The position numbers and the translations under genes are program-made. Of a DNA stretch of 64,000 nt, positions 37,236-47,250 are shown in pieces; position 1 is the stretch's first letter, and each line of letters starts with the position of its first letter. A model generated the notes under the pieces. That model was not told the origin of the DNA. It was given only the letters and a program-made list of their open reading frames with translations, and searched no databases. Location: positions 352,001-416,000 of the forward strand of contig CAVSIV010000002.1 in assembly GCA_963728205.1 (NCBI GenBank), given 5' to 3'. Source of the stretch: an uncultured Chloroflexia bacterium (lineage in GTDB: Bacteria; Chloroflexota; Dehalococcoidia; UBA2979).

Positions 37236-39413
37236 ATGGTTGTCTCCGACCAGGCCCCGGCCGGCACCGCGGAGCTACTCAAGACCCTCGCGACCTACCT
37301 TCCGCAGGATCGCATCGACGCCGTTCGCGCTGCGCTGGACTTCGCCATCGAGCAGCACGAGGGCCAGACCCGCCTGTCCGGCGAGCCCTACGTGATCCAT
37401 CCGATCGCGGTCACCCAACTCGTCGCCGACCTGCATCTCGACACGCAGACCGTGCAGGCCGCGCTGCTGCATGACGTGATTGAGGACTGCGGCGTCACGC
37501 ACCAGGCGCTCGCACAGCGCTTCAGTGCCGACGTCGCGCGACTCGTCGAGGGCGCCACGAAGATCGAGCATCTGCCGATCGGGAACGCGTCGGACACCCA
37601 GACCGCCGACGCCGAGACGCTCCGCAAGATGCTGCTGGCGATGGCCGAGGACGTACGGGTCGTCATCATCAAGCTCGCCGACCGGCTCCACAACATGCGC
37701 ACGCTCGAGTACCTGCCGCGCGACCGCCAGCTCTCGATTGCGCGCGAGACGCTCGACATCTACGCGCCGCTCGCCTCTCGACTGGGTATCTGGCAATTCA
37801 AGTGGGAGCTCGAGGACCTCGCGTTCCGCTACGTCGAGCCGGAGGCCTACCGCCGCGTGGCGCGCATGGTCGCGACCAAGCGCAGCGAGCGCGAGCGGTT
37901 CGTGCGGCGCGTGGAGGCCGAGCTGCGCAAGACGCTCGAGGAGGCCGGCATCGAGGCCGAGATCAGCGGCCGCGTGAAGCACCTCTATTCGATCCACCAG
38001 AAGATGCGGCGCTACGCCGAGCAGGGGAAGTCGCTGGACCAGATCCACGACCTCCTGGCGGTGCGCGTACTCGTGCGGTCGGTGGGCGACTGCTACAACG
38101 CGCTCGGCGTCGTGCACCAGACCTGGCGGCCGATCCCCGGCGGCTTCGACGACTACATCGCGAACCCGAAGGAGTCGCTCTACCAGTCGCTGCACACGTC
38201 CGTGCTCGGCCCGGGCGCGCGGCCGTTCGAGGTCCAGATCCGCACCTACGAGATGCACGACGTCGCCGAGTACGGCGTCGCCGCGCACTGGCAGTACAAG
38301 GAGGAGCCGCGCCGCCGCGACGTCCAGTACGAGGAGCGCATGGCGTGGCTGCGCCACCTGATCGAGTGGCAGCAGGAGTCGTCGGGCACCGAGGACTTCC
38401 TGGAATCGGTGAAGACCGACGTCTTCAACGACCAGGTCTTCGTCTACACGCCGCGCGGCGATGTGCGCGTGCTGCCGTCGGGCTCGACGCCGCTCGACTT
38501 CGCGTACCGCATCCACACGGACCTCGGGCACAATTGCGTCGGCGCGAAGGTGAATGGGCGCATCGTCCCGCTGGCGACGGCGCTGAACAGCGGCGACATC
38601 GTCGAGATCATGCGCAGCCGCAGCCCCAAAGGGCCGTCGCGCGACTGGCTGCAGCCGTCGCTGGGCTACCTCGGGTCGTCGCATGCGCGCCAGAAGGTGC
38701 GCCAGTGGTTCCGGCGGCAGCAGCGCGGGGACAACATCGACCGCGGCCGCGAGGCGGTGGACCGCGAGGTTGCGCGTCTCGGTCTCGCGCGCCTGCCCGA
38801 TGACCTGTACCAGAAGCTTGGCTACGACGCGCTGGAGGACCTCTACGCGGCGGTCGGGTCGGGCGACCTCTCGGTGCAGAAGCTGGTGAACCGGCTGGTC
38901 GAGCAGTCGCCGCTGCCCGCGACGCCGCCGCTCGACACGCCGACCATCGACACCTCGAACGGCGCCCCTGGAGCGCCCGGCGTGCACGTGCTCGGGACCT
39001 CCGGGCTGCACGTGACGCTGTCGCGCTGCTGCCGGCCGGTGCCGGGCGACCCGATCATCGGCTACATCACGCGGGCGCGCGGCATCTCTGTACACCGGCG
39101 CGACTGCCGCAACGTGCAGCGCACCGACGAGACGGCGCGGCTGATCGAGTGCGACTGGGGCGCGTCGGCCGATCGCTACTCGGCCGCGGTCGAGGTCAAC
39201 GCCTGGGATCGCGTGGGCCTGCTGCGCGACATCAGCACGATCGTCGCGGGCGACGGCGTGAACATGGTGGGCGTGCGCACCGAGGAGCACACGGACCGCA
39301 CGACGACCGTGCACCTCACGCTGGAGACGGAGGGCGGCGCGCAGTTCGCGCGGCTGCTCTCGCACCTCGACGGCGTGCGCGGCGTGATCTCCGTGCGCCG
39401 CGGCGGCGGATAG
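37236..39413 (+). CDS. rel: Bifunctional (p)ppGpp synthetase/hydrolase (long RSH)
   Basis: GEPYVIHP, LLHDVIED, KLADRLHNMRT, YQSLHT, EVQIRT, TGS, CCRPVPGD and ACT domains. Confidence 0.96.
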   Translation: MVVSDQAPAGTAELLKTLATYLPQDRIDAVRAALDFAIEQHEGQTRLSGEPYVIHPIAVTQLVADLHLDTQTVQAALLHDVIEDCGVTHQALAQRFSADVARLVEGATKIEHLPIGNASDTQTADAETLRKMLLAMAEDVRVVIIKLADRLHNMRTLEYLPRDRQLSIARETLDIYAPLASRLGIWQFKWELEDLAFRYVEPEAYRRVARMVATKRSERERFVRRVEAELRKTLEEAGIEAEISGRVKHLYSIHQKMRRYAEQGKSLDQIHDLLAVRVLVRSVGDCYNALGVVHQTWRPIPGGFDDYIANPKESLYQSLHTSVLGPGARPFEVQIRTYEMHDVAEYGVAAHWQYKEEPRRRDVQYEERMAWLRHLIEWQQESSGTEDFLESVKTDVFNDQVFVYTPRGDVRVLPSGSTPLDFAYRIHTDLGHNCVGAKVNGRIVPLATALNSGDIVEIMRSRSPKGPSRDWLQPSLGYLGSSHARQKVRQWFRRQQRGDNIDRGREAVDREVARLGLARLPDDLYQKLGYDALEDLYAAVGSGDLSVQKLVNRLVEQSPLPATPPLDTPTIDTSNGAPGAPGVHVLGTSGLHVTLSRCCRPVPGDPIIGYITRARGISVHRRDCRNVQRTDETARLIECDWGASADRYSAAVEVNAWDRVGLLRDISTIVAGDGVNMVGVRTEEHTDRTTTVHLTLETEGGAQFARLLSHLDGVRGVISVRRGGG

Positions 39414-39417
39414 CCGG

Positions 39418-40161
39418 CTAGTCCCCGGCCTCGGCGGGCGTCGGGTCGGTCGCCTGCGTCCCGCTCGGAACGCTCTTGAACGTCAGGTAGCCGGCGTGGC
39501 TGATCGCGAGCAGCGAAACGATGCCGCCGTTGATCGCGGGCAGCGCCGTGATCACGTGGCCCGGGCCGCCGGCCGTCAGCAGCTCGCCGACGGCCGAGGC
39601 GTACGCGACCAGCACGACCAGGGTCAGCATCAGCACCTGGATCTTGCTGAGGTCGAGCCGGTTCTCCTCGCCGCGCTTCTCGCCCTGGACGATGTCGGTG
39701 AGGTGGGCGTCCCGCAGGCTGTCGTTCGGCTCGATCTTGTCGTCCTGGATCTGGGTGCTCTTGATCAGCTGCGAGCCGGCGAAGCTGGCGGATGAGATGC
39801 CCATCAGCACCCAGAGCTCGGCGGGGATCGTGATGTCGAGCGGGTTCGACGCGCCGCGCGCGGTGTTGACGCCGGCGATGGCGAACACGGCGGCGAGGGT
39901 GAGCACGGTCCACGCGGCCATCTGCATGCGCGAGAGGCTCACGCGGCAGCGGTCGTCGATCAGCGCGCCGAGCCAGCGGCCGTTCGTACCCTTGCCGAAG
40001 GCGCCGAGCGCGAAGGCGAGGAGCGCCATGGTGGCGATCCAGGCCGCGACGGGGCCGCGCGCCGTGGTGTTCCAGCGCGGGACCATCATGCCGGCGACGA
40101 GGGCGACTCCGACGGCGAGCAGCCCGACCCAGAACCAGCGGTTACGAGTTTCTGCGCTCAT
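39418..40161 (-). CDS. Hypothetical integral membrane protein
   Basis: Several hydrophobic segments with two similar halves (SLSRMQ / DLSKIQ); GC3-biased codons. Confidence 0.8.
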   Translation of the reverse strand: MSAETRNRWFWVGLLAVGVALVAGMMVPRWNTTARGPVAAWIATMALLAFALGAFGKGTNGRWLGALIDDRCRVSLSRMQMAAWTVLTLAAVFAIAGVNTARGASNPLDITIPAELWVLMGISSASFAGSQLIKSTQIQDDKIEPNDSLRDAHLTDIVQGEKRGEENRLDLSKIQVLMLTLVVLVAYASAVGELLTAGGPGHVITALPAINGGIVSLLAISHAGYLTFKSVPSGTQATDPTPAEAGD

Positions 40162-40389
40162 ACGGCCACCAGATCGCATGGCCGGCCCTGATCGGGGGCA
40201 TGATAGCGAGGTCGCGGGATCGCGTGGGGGATGCCGCGCTGCGCGAACCGAGGCACCTCCGGTAGAGTCGCGAGCGACATCGCTCGGTCGACGGTCGGCG
40301 CCCTCGGGGCGCCGGTACGGCGCCGACCCGATGGGCGGCGTATCCGCCGGTCGTTGTGCGTGAAGCCCGACTGCGAGCAGGGGGCGCGA

Positions 40390-40929
40390 GTGACCGCCGC
40401 AGACCGCGGCTCCGTGATCGGGACCTTCCACGCGCGCGCCGAGGAAGCGCGCTCGACCGTGCACGCGCTCGCCGGCTGGTCCGACGTCGCGGCGCTCGCG
40501 CTGGAGCTGGCGGGCGACGGGCGCATCGTTCTCGCGCCGTCGCTCGCGGCGGCCGCGCCGGCGCTGGCGGCGCGGCTCGGGAGCCGCGCGGAGCTGCCGG
40601 ACGCGCGCGACCCCGTGGCGTCGGTCGCCGATGCCGAGGTCGGCGTCGTGCGCGGCGCCCTCGCGGTCGCGGAGACCGGATCGGTGCTGCTCGTCGAGGG
40701 CGCGCTCGCCGATCGCGCGGTGTCCATGCTCTCGCGAACGCTGATCCAGGTGGTCGACCGCGGCGACGTCGTGCCGGCGCTCGAGGCGGTCGCGGAGCGG
40801 CTGGTCGCGGGCGACATGGCACCGTACGCATCGCTCACCACGGGGCCGTCGCGCACCGCCGACATCGAGCGTTCGCTGACCATCGGCGTGCAGGGCCCGA
40901 GCGCGGTGCACGTGGTGATCGTCGGATGA
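40390..40929 (+). CDS. lutC: LUD domain lactate utilization protein C-like
   Basis: AVAETGSV, TGPSRTADIERSLTIGVQGP. Confidence 0.88.
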   Translation: MTAADRGSVIGTFHARAEEARSTVHALAGWSDVAALALELAGDGRIVLAPSLAAAAPALAARLGSRAELPDARDPVASVADAEVGVVRGALAVAETGSVLLVEGALADRAVSMLSRTLIQVVDRGDVVPALEAVAERLVAGDMAPYASLTTGPSRTADIERSLTIGVQGPSAVHVVIVG

Positions 40930-43115
40930 CGCCGCGTGACGGGGCCGCGCCGGCACCGGGGCTCGCCCCGTTCGCGGAGCGCTACCGGCGCGCGCTCGCC
41001 GACCCCAACGTGCGCGAAGGCCTGCTCGGCTTCCAGCGCTCGTGGCGGGAGACGCGCGACGGGCAGATCGCGTCGCTGGAGGCGATCACCGGCCGTGCGT
41101 TCGACGACCTGCGTGCGGAGCTGGCGGCGGTGAAGGACCGGGTCCTCGCCGACCTCGCCGGCCACGTCGCACGCTTCCGGGCGCGCGCGGAAGCGGCCGG
41201 CGCGACCGTGGTGGAGGTGCCGGACGCCGCCGCCGCCAACGCCTACATCGCGCACCTCTGCCACGAGCGCGGCGTGACGCTCGCGGTGAAGGGCAAGTCG
41301 ATGGTCTCCGAGGAGATCGGCCTCAACGCTGCCCTCGCCGCCGCGGGCGTGGAGGCCGTCGAGACCGATCTCGGCGAGTGGATTCTGCAGCTGGCGGGTG
41401 ACCACCCGAGCCATCTCGTGATGCCGGCGATCCACAAGCGGCGCGGGCAGGTCGCCGAGTTGCTGACGCGCGTGCTCGGCCGTCCCTTCGACCCCGACGA
41501 CATTCCCGCGATGGTGCACAGCGTGCGCACCGCGCTGCGCGAGACGTTCCTCACCGCCGGCCTCGGCCTCACCGGCGCGAACGCCCTGATCGCGGAGACC
41601 GGCACGGTGATGCTCGTGACGAACGAGGGCAACGGCCGCATGTCGTCGAGCCTGCCGCCTGTCCACGTCGTCACCGCCGGCGTGGAGAAGCTCGTCCCGA
41701 CGGCGGCCGACGCCGTGAAGCAGTTGCGACTGCTCGCCCGCTCGGCCACCGGCCAGCCGATCACGACGTACACGACGTTCGTCAGCGGTCCGACGCCGGG
41801 CCACGAGCTGCACATCGTGCTGATCGACAACGGCCGCCGCGCGATGGCCGCCGACCCGGCGGTGGAATCGGCGCTGCGCTGCATCAAGTGCGGGGCCTGT
41901 GCGAACGTCTGCCCCGCGTACCAGGTCGTCGGCGGTCACGCGTTCGGATACGTGTACACCGGGCCGATCGGGCTGGTGACGACCGCGTACCACCACGGCC
42001 TCAACGCGGCGTCGGGGCCGCAGTCGCTCTGCGTGTCGTGTGGCGCGTGCGCGACGGTGTGCCCGGTGGACATCCCGCTGCCCGCGCAGATCCTCGAGGT
42101 GCGCCGGCAGGTGGTGGCGCGCGGCGGTGCACCGTGGTGGATGCGCACGGCGCTGCGCGGGTTCGCATCGCGCCGGCTGGTGGAGGTCGCGAGCCGCGCG
42201 CTGGCGGTGGCGGCGCTGCCGCTGCGGCGCGGCCGCTTCACGCGCCTGCCGGTGCGGCTGGCGCCGCGGCACCTGCGCTGGCGCACGCCCCCGGCGCTGG
42301 CCGTGCGGCCGGCGCACGCGCGCGCCGCGCTGCGCGCGGCGGCGCCCGCGCCGCTGCCCGGCGCGCCGCTCGCCGGACGGCGCGTCACGCTCTTCCTGCA
42401 GTGCGTCGCCGACCGCGCGGCGCCCGAGGTGCCGGTGGCGGCCGCGCGCCTGCTGCGCGCGTCGGGCGCCACCGTGACCGTCCCCGCGGCGCAGCACTGT
42501 TGCGGGCTGCCGGCGTTCGACGCCGGCGACTGGGGCGCCGCGCGCCGCATGGCCCGCGCGACGATCGCCGCGCTCGAGGGCGAGGACGACGTCGTCACGC
42601 CCGCGCCGAGCTGCGTGGTGGCGATGCTCCACGAATACGCGCGGCTCTTCGCGGAGGAGCCGGCGTGGCGCGACCGCGCGGCGCGGCTCGCGGGCCGCGT
42701 GCACGACCTCACGTCGTACCTCGCGGGCCCGGCGCGCCTGCCGGACGCCGCGCTGGCGGGGCGCCCGGGCGGACCGGTCGCGGTCGACCGCTTCTGCCAG
42801 GGCGCGAACATGCTCGGCGCCGGCGACCGGCTCGAGCGCCTGCTGCGCGACGTCGCCGGTACCGAGGTCGTGCCGCTCGCGGAGGCCGAGGTGTGCTGCG
42901 GCTTCGGCGGCTCGACGTCGCTGAGCGCGCCCGAGGTCGCCGCGCGCATCCTCGAGCGCAAGCTCGACAACGTGCGTGCCTCGGGCGCGACGACCCTGGT
43001 CACCGATAACCCCGGCTGCCTCCTGCACTTGCGGGGCGGCGCGGACGCGGCGGGGCTCGGCCTGCGCGTGGTGCACGTCGCGGAGTACCTGGCGGAGCGG
43101 CTGCCCCGCGACTGA
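40926..43115 (+). CDS. lutB: LutB-LutA fusion (LUD + 2x[4Fe-4S] + CCG domains)
   Basis: KGKSMVSEE, ETDLGEWILQL, NEGNGR, CIKCGACANVCP, CVSCGACATVCP, two CCG motifs. Confidence 0.9.
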   Translation: MTPRDGAAPAPGLAPFAERYRRALADPNVREGLLGFQRSWRETRDGQIASLEAITGRAFDDLRAELAAVKDRVLADLAGHVARFRARAEAAGATVVEVPDAAAANAYIAHLCHERGVTLAVKGKSMVSEEIGLNAALAAAGVEAVETDLGEWILQLAGDHPSHLVMPAIHKRRGQVAELLTRVLGRPFDPDDIPAMVHSVRTALRETFLTAGLGLTGANALIAETGTVMLVTNEGNGRMSSSLPPVHVVTAGVEKLVPTAADAVKQLRLLARSATGQPITTYTTFVSGPTPGHELHIVLIDNGRRAMAADPAVESALRCIKCGACANVCPAYQVVGGHAFGYVYTGPIGLVTTAYHHGLNAASGPQSLCVSCGACATVCPVDIPLPAQILEVRRQVVARGGAPWWMRTALRGFASRRLVEVASRALAVAALPLRRGRFTRLPVRLAPRHLRWRTPPALAVRPAHARAALRAAAPAPLPGAPLAGRRVTLFLQCVADRAAPEVPVAAARLLRASGATVTVPAAQHCCGLPAFDAGDWGAARRMARATIAALEGEDDVVTPAPSCVVAMLHEYARLFAEEPAWRDRAARLAGRVHDLTSYLAGPARLPDAALAGRPGGPVAVDRFCQGANMLGAGDRLERLLRDVAGTEVVPLAEAEVCCGFGGSTSLSAPEVAARILERKLDNVRASGATTLVTDNPGCLLHLRGGADAAGLGLRVVHVAEYLAERLPRD

Positions 43116-43118
43116 CGG

Positions 43119-45452
43119 CTATCGCGCGGCGGGCGAGGGCGCGGGCGAGGGCGCGGCGGTGGCGTTCGCGCCCGGGGTCGCGGTCGCCGCGGATCCCGTG
43201 GCGCCGCCGGTGGCCGGGCCGTCAGCGGGCACATCCGGCGGCGGCGCGCCCGTCACCGCGAGCAGCCGCCACTTGTGGATGCTCGGCACCTCGACGTCCT
43301 GTGCGAGCCACGGGTAGCCCGCGCTCCAGATCTTCGGCCACTGCAGGAAGAGCAGCGAGCGTGTGACGACGTCGAACGTCGGCTCCGGCGCCAGCACGAA
43401 GTCTCCGTACTTCCACGGCGCGCCGAGCATCTGCGAGCGGAAGTCCTGGTCCGTCGACGTCACGAACTGCTCGGGGTGCCGCACGTAGAGGACGATCGCG
43501 CCGCCCGACGACACGTCGAACAGCACGGTCTGGTGCGGCGCGACGGTGCGGTCGACCGCGGCCGCGACATCCTTCCACTCGGTCACGGCCTCCTGCCGCG
43601 TTGGCACCGAGCCGAAGTCGGTGTTCGTGAAGACGGCGTTCTGCCAGCGCTGCGCGGTCGTCGGATGCTGGGCGTCAAAGCTCTGGTAGGTGATCAGGAA
43701 CGTGCGGAGCACGGGCATGAACGCGACGGCCACGACGATCGGGGCGAGCAGCACGCGCATGTTGCGATTGTGGCTCAGGCTCATCGCGTAGACCGCGGTG
43801 ACGACGCCCATCGGCGCGACCCAGTACCAGTAGCGGCCGTACGGCGGCAGCGACCCCAGGTAGCCGGTGATGACCCCGAAGGCGGGGATCGACCAGGCGA
43901 CGCCGACGACCGCGAGGCTGCGGGCGTCGCGTCGGCGCAGGGCGTGGACGAGCAGCACGAGGGTGAACACGAGCAGCAGCGGCGAGAAGTAGCCGACGCG
44001 GTCGAGCACCATGCTCACGGTGCCCGCGAGCGAGTGGTACGCGTGGTAGACGAGCGTGCCCTGCGGACCGTAGCCGGCGAGGTCGGGACCGGCGAGGGCG
44101 GCGGTGTCCGGCGACTGCTTCGTCGAGCCGGAGCCGGTGAGGAAGTAGAACGGCGATCCGACGGTCTGGAGGCTCAGGTACATCCAGACGCCGAGCGCGA
44201 AGCCGCTGGGCACGCCGAAGGCGAGCAGGTTGTTCCACGCCGGCGCCATGCCGTGGTCGCGCTCGGCGCGCGCGTCGCGGAAGAACCGGAAGCCGGGCAC
44301 GCCGCCGTAGAGCACGATGAAGATCGCGAGTCCCATGGCCGCGGCCCAGAACGCGGCCTCGTAGCGGCAGAGGATGGCGCCCCCGGTCGCGACGCCTGCG
44401 ATCGCGACAAGCCCTGACTGCGGATCGCGCAGCCACTTCACGAACGCGAGCAGCGACGCCAGCAGGAAGAACGCGAGCACCGGCTCGGACAGGCCGGCGA
44501 CGGAGGTCTGCAGGAACTGCTCGTTGAGCAGCAGCGCAAGCGAGAGCAGCAGCGCGAGCGCCCGGCCGGCGTGCAACTGGCGGAGCAACGCGTAGAACAG
44601 CAGCACGGCGCCGGCCGCGTAGAGCGAGCCCATGACCGTCCCCGCGAAGAACGGCTGACCGAGCGGCTGGGCGAAGAGCAGGAACGGCACGTCGGAGAGC
44701 GACGGGATCGGCGGCCACACGAACCCGAGCGCGCCGAGGTGCGGGTGCCGGCCGAACACGACCTGGAACGCCTGCATCACGCGCGCGCCGCCGTCGCCGG
44801 TGCTCATCCCCATGCCGACGACGCCGATCCATCCGTAGACGATGCACGCGCCTAAGACGCCGAAGTATGCCCCGATCCACGCGCGCCGCGCCCACAGGCC
44901 CTGCGCCACGCGCTCGCCCCCGGCGATCGACATCAGCTCGACGTCGAAGACGGGTGCGGCGTAGGAGAGGTCCATCGGGCGCGCCACCGGGTGCATCGGC
45001 TCCAGCCGGTAGCCCCAGATGTGGAGGACCACGAAGGTCGCGGTGTACTGGAGCGCGCACGGCAGCATGAGCATGCCCGTCACCGCGGGCAGGTCGAACT
45101 CTTCGGTGGTGACGCGCGTCCCGGCGAGCGCGACGAAGGCCGCGACCTGCACCAGCATGCCGAACAGGTTCGCGAGCATGAAGCGGCGGAGGGCCGGCCC
45201 GCGGAAGAGCACGCCCGAACGGAACGCGAGGATCGAGTTGCCGACCAGCGACGCGACGATCCCCGCGAGCGCGGCGGCGGTGTCGAACGTGGCGAGACCG
45301 GGGCGACCCGCGATCGCGTGCGAGCGCAGTCCGGCGTAGAGGACGACCGCGGTCGTGAGGAAGGCGGGGACGTTGCTCAGCGCGTACGCGATGCCCTGGT
45401 AGGCGAGCGGGGTGACGCCCGTGAAGCGGCGGGGTTCACTGCGGGCGCCCAT
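43119..45452 (-). CDS. GT-C (family 39/ArnT-like) glycosyltransferase with N-terminal GtrA-like membrane domain
   Basis: GDGGARV...HPHLGALGFVWPP, GLSEP, LCRYEA, many TM helices; four-helix N-terminal module. Confidence 0.75.
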   Translation of the reverse strand: MGARSEPRRFTGVTPLAYQGIAYALSNVPAFLTTAVVLYAGLRSHAIAGRPGLATFDTAAALAGIVASLVGNSILAFRSGVLFRGPALRRFMLANLFGMLVQVAAFVALAGTRVTTEEFDLPAVTGMLMLPCALQYTATFVVLHIWGYRLEPMHPVARPMDLSYAAPVFDVELMSIAGGERVAQGLWARRAWIGAYFGVLGACIVYGWIGVVGMGMSTGDGGARVMQAFQVVFGRHPHLGALGFVWPPIPSLSDVPFLLFAQPLGQPFFAGTVMGSLYAAGAVLLFYALLRQLHAGRALALLLSLALLLNEQFLQTSVAGLSEPVLAFFLLASLLAFVKWLRDPQSGLVAIAGVATGGAILCRYEAAFWAAAMGLAIFIVLYGGVPGFRFFRDARAERDHGMAPAWNNLLAFGVPSGFALGVWMYLSLQTVGSPFYFLTGSGSTKQSPDTAALAGPDLAGYGPQGTLVYHAYHSLAGTVSMVLDRVGYFSPLLLVFTLVLLVHALRRRDARSLAVVGVAWSIPAFGVITGYLGSLPPYGRYWYWVAPMGVVTAVYAMSLSHNRNMRVLLAPIVVAVAFMPVLRTFLITYQSFDAQHPTTAQRWQNAVFTNTDFGSVPTRQEAVTEWKDVAAAVDRTVAPHQTVLFDVSSGGAIVLYVRHPEQFVTSTDQDFRSQMLGAPWKYGDFVLAPEPTFDVVTRSLLFLQWPKIWSAGYPWLAQDVEVPSIHKWRLLAVTGAPPPDVPADGPATGGATGSAATATPGANATAAPSPAPSPAAR

Positions 45453-45634
45453 GACACCAGTGGACCGCGAGTGCGGTGACTGCGGCAAGCCCCGCAGGCC
45501 CGTACTTCCCGCAGGGGGTGATCGCTCGCAGCCGCGGCGTGCCTAGCATCGCTGCGGGCGGTGACGGAGGTCGTCGTGCGCGAAGCGGCAGCGCATCTCC
45601 CGGGGCGGCGAGGCGGCCGGCGGGCCTGCCCGCG

Positions 45635-47152
45635 ATGAGCTACGCGCGGGTGCGATCAGTCGCGTTCGTCGGCATCGAGGGGATCCCCGTCGATGTCGAG
45701 GTGAACATCAGCAGCGGGTTGCCGGCGTTCTGGGTGGTGGGCCTGGCGGATACGGCGGTTCAGGAGGCGCGCGAGCGGGTGCGCGCGGGGATCCGGAACG
45801 CCGGGTTCGAGTTCCCAATGCGGCGGATCGTCGTCAGCCTCGCGCCGTCGGACGTGCGGAAAGAGGGGCCGATCTACGACCTGCCGATCGCGGTCGCCAT
45901 CCTGCTGGCGACCGGCCAGCTGCAGCCGCAATACGCGGAGATGGCGTTCGTCGGGGAACTCTCGCTCGAGGGCAGGCTGCGGCACGTGAACGGCGTGCTG
46001 CCATTCGTCGCGATGTGCCTGGATGCGAGGATCGAGACGGCGGTCGTCCCGGCGCTCGACCTGGCGGAGGCTCGCGGGATGGACGGCGTGCGGGTGCTCG
46101 GCCTGGAGTCGCTGCGCCAGGTCGGCCGGCCGATCGAGGACTGGCGCTCGCCTGTGGCGTCGGGTGCAGAGGGTGGCGGCGTCGAGGAGCCGGCGCACGA
46201 CGTCGCGGTGGTGCAGGGGCAGGATCACGCGAAGCGCGCGCTGGAGATTGCCGCCGCCGGCGGACACAACCTGCTGATGCAGGGGCCGCCTGGCGCGGGC
46301 AAGACGCTGCTCGCGCGCACGCTCCCCGGCCTGCTGGCGCCGCTCACCGCGCGCGAGGCGATCGAGGTCTCCAAGCTCTACTCGGTGGCGGGTCTGCTTT
46401 CGAGCGACCAGCCGCTCCTTCACGCGCGGCCGTTCCGCGCGCCGCACCACACGATCTCGTACGCGGGGCTCGTCGGCGGCGGCGCGCACGTGCGGCCGGG
46501 CGAGGTGTCGCTCGCGCACCGGGGCGTCCTCTTTCTCGACGAGCTCCCTGAGTTCTCCAGCGCCGCGCTCGAGGCGCTCCGCGAACCGCTGGAGTCGGGC
46601 GTCATCACAATCTCTCGCGCGCGTGGCTCCGTGACGTTCCCCGCGCGCCTGCTGCTGGTCGCGGCGATGAACCCGTGTCCGTGTGGCTATTACGGCGACG
46701 CCCGACGCGAGTGCTCCTGCGCGGAGGCGGCGGTCTCGCGCTACCAGCACCGCATCTCCGGTCCGCTGCTCGATCGCCTCGACCTCTTCGTCGACGTCCC
46801 CCGCGTCGAGTACGCAGAGCTGACGGAAGGCGCGCCCGGGGAGCGGTCCGCCTCCGTGCGCGCCCGGGTGGTGGAAGCGCGCGCCCGCCAGCTGGAGCGC
46901 CTGCGCGGGACCGCCCAGGCGTCGAACGCGGAGATGGGACCGCTCGAAGTGCGTCGCCACTGCCAGGACGCCCTGGCAGAAGACGCCGCGCCGCTCCTTG
47001 CGGCGGCGACTGAGCGCCTCGGCCTGTCCGCACGAGCGTTCCATCGCGTGCTCAAGGTCGCGCGGACGATCGCGGACCTGGCGGGATCGGACCGCATCGA
47101 GAGCGCGCACGTCGCGGAGGCGATCCAGTACCGCCGTCGCGGGAGCGAGTGA
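45635..47152 (+). CDS. comM: YifB/ComM Mg-chelatase-like AAA+ ATPase
   Basis: VGLADTAVQEARERV, GPPGAGKT, PFRAPHHT, FLDELPEF, NPCPCG. Confidence 0.94.
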   Translation: MSYARVRSVAFVGIEGIPVDVEVNISSGLPAFWVVGLADTAVQEARERVRAGIRNAGFEFPMRRIVVSLAPSDVRKEGPIYDLPIAVAILLATGQLQPQYAEMAFVGELSLEGRLRHVNGVLPFVAMCLDARIETAVVPALDLAEARGMDGVRVLGLESLRQVGRPIEDWRSPVASGAEGGGVEEPAHDVAVVQGQDHAKRALEIAAAGGHNLLMQGPPGAGKTLLARTLPGLLAPLTAREAIEVSKLYSVAGLLSSDQPLLHARPFRAPHHTISYAGLVGGGAHVRPGEVSLAHRGVLFLDELPEFSSAALEALREPLESGVITISRARGSVTFPARLLLVAAMNPCPCGYYGDARRECSCAEAAVSRYQHRISGPLLDRLDLFVDVPRVEYAELTEGAPGERSASVRARVVEARARQLERLRGTAQASNAEMGPLEVRRHCQDALAEDAAPLLAAATERLGLSARAFHRVLKVARTIADLAGSDRIESAHVAEAIQYRRRGSE

Positions 47153-47250
47153 ACCGGGGGATGACGGGAGGACGTCAGCGCAGCGGTCGGGAGGTTGCGC
47201 GCGGTGCCATCGGGTGGCGGGGCGTCGCGCGCCCCGCCATACTCCCGCGC

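Noticed and set aside
33460-37395. Very long alternative ORFs (e.g. 33460-37395 +, 40158-43076 -, 51753-54173 -)
   Set aside because: Antisense shadows of real genes caused by high GC and stop-codon scarcity; no recognisable motifs.
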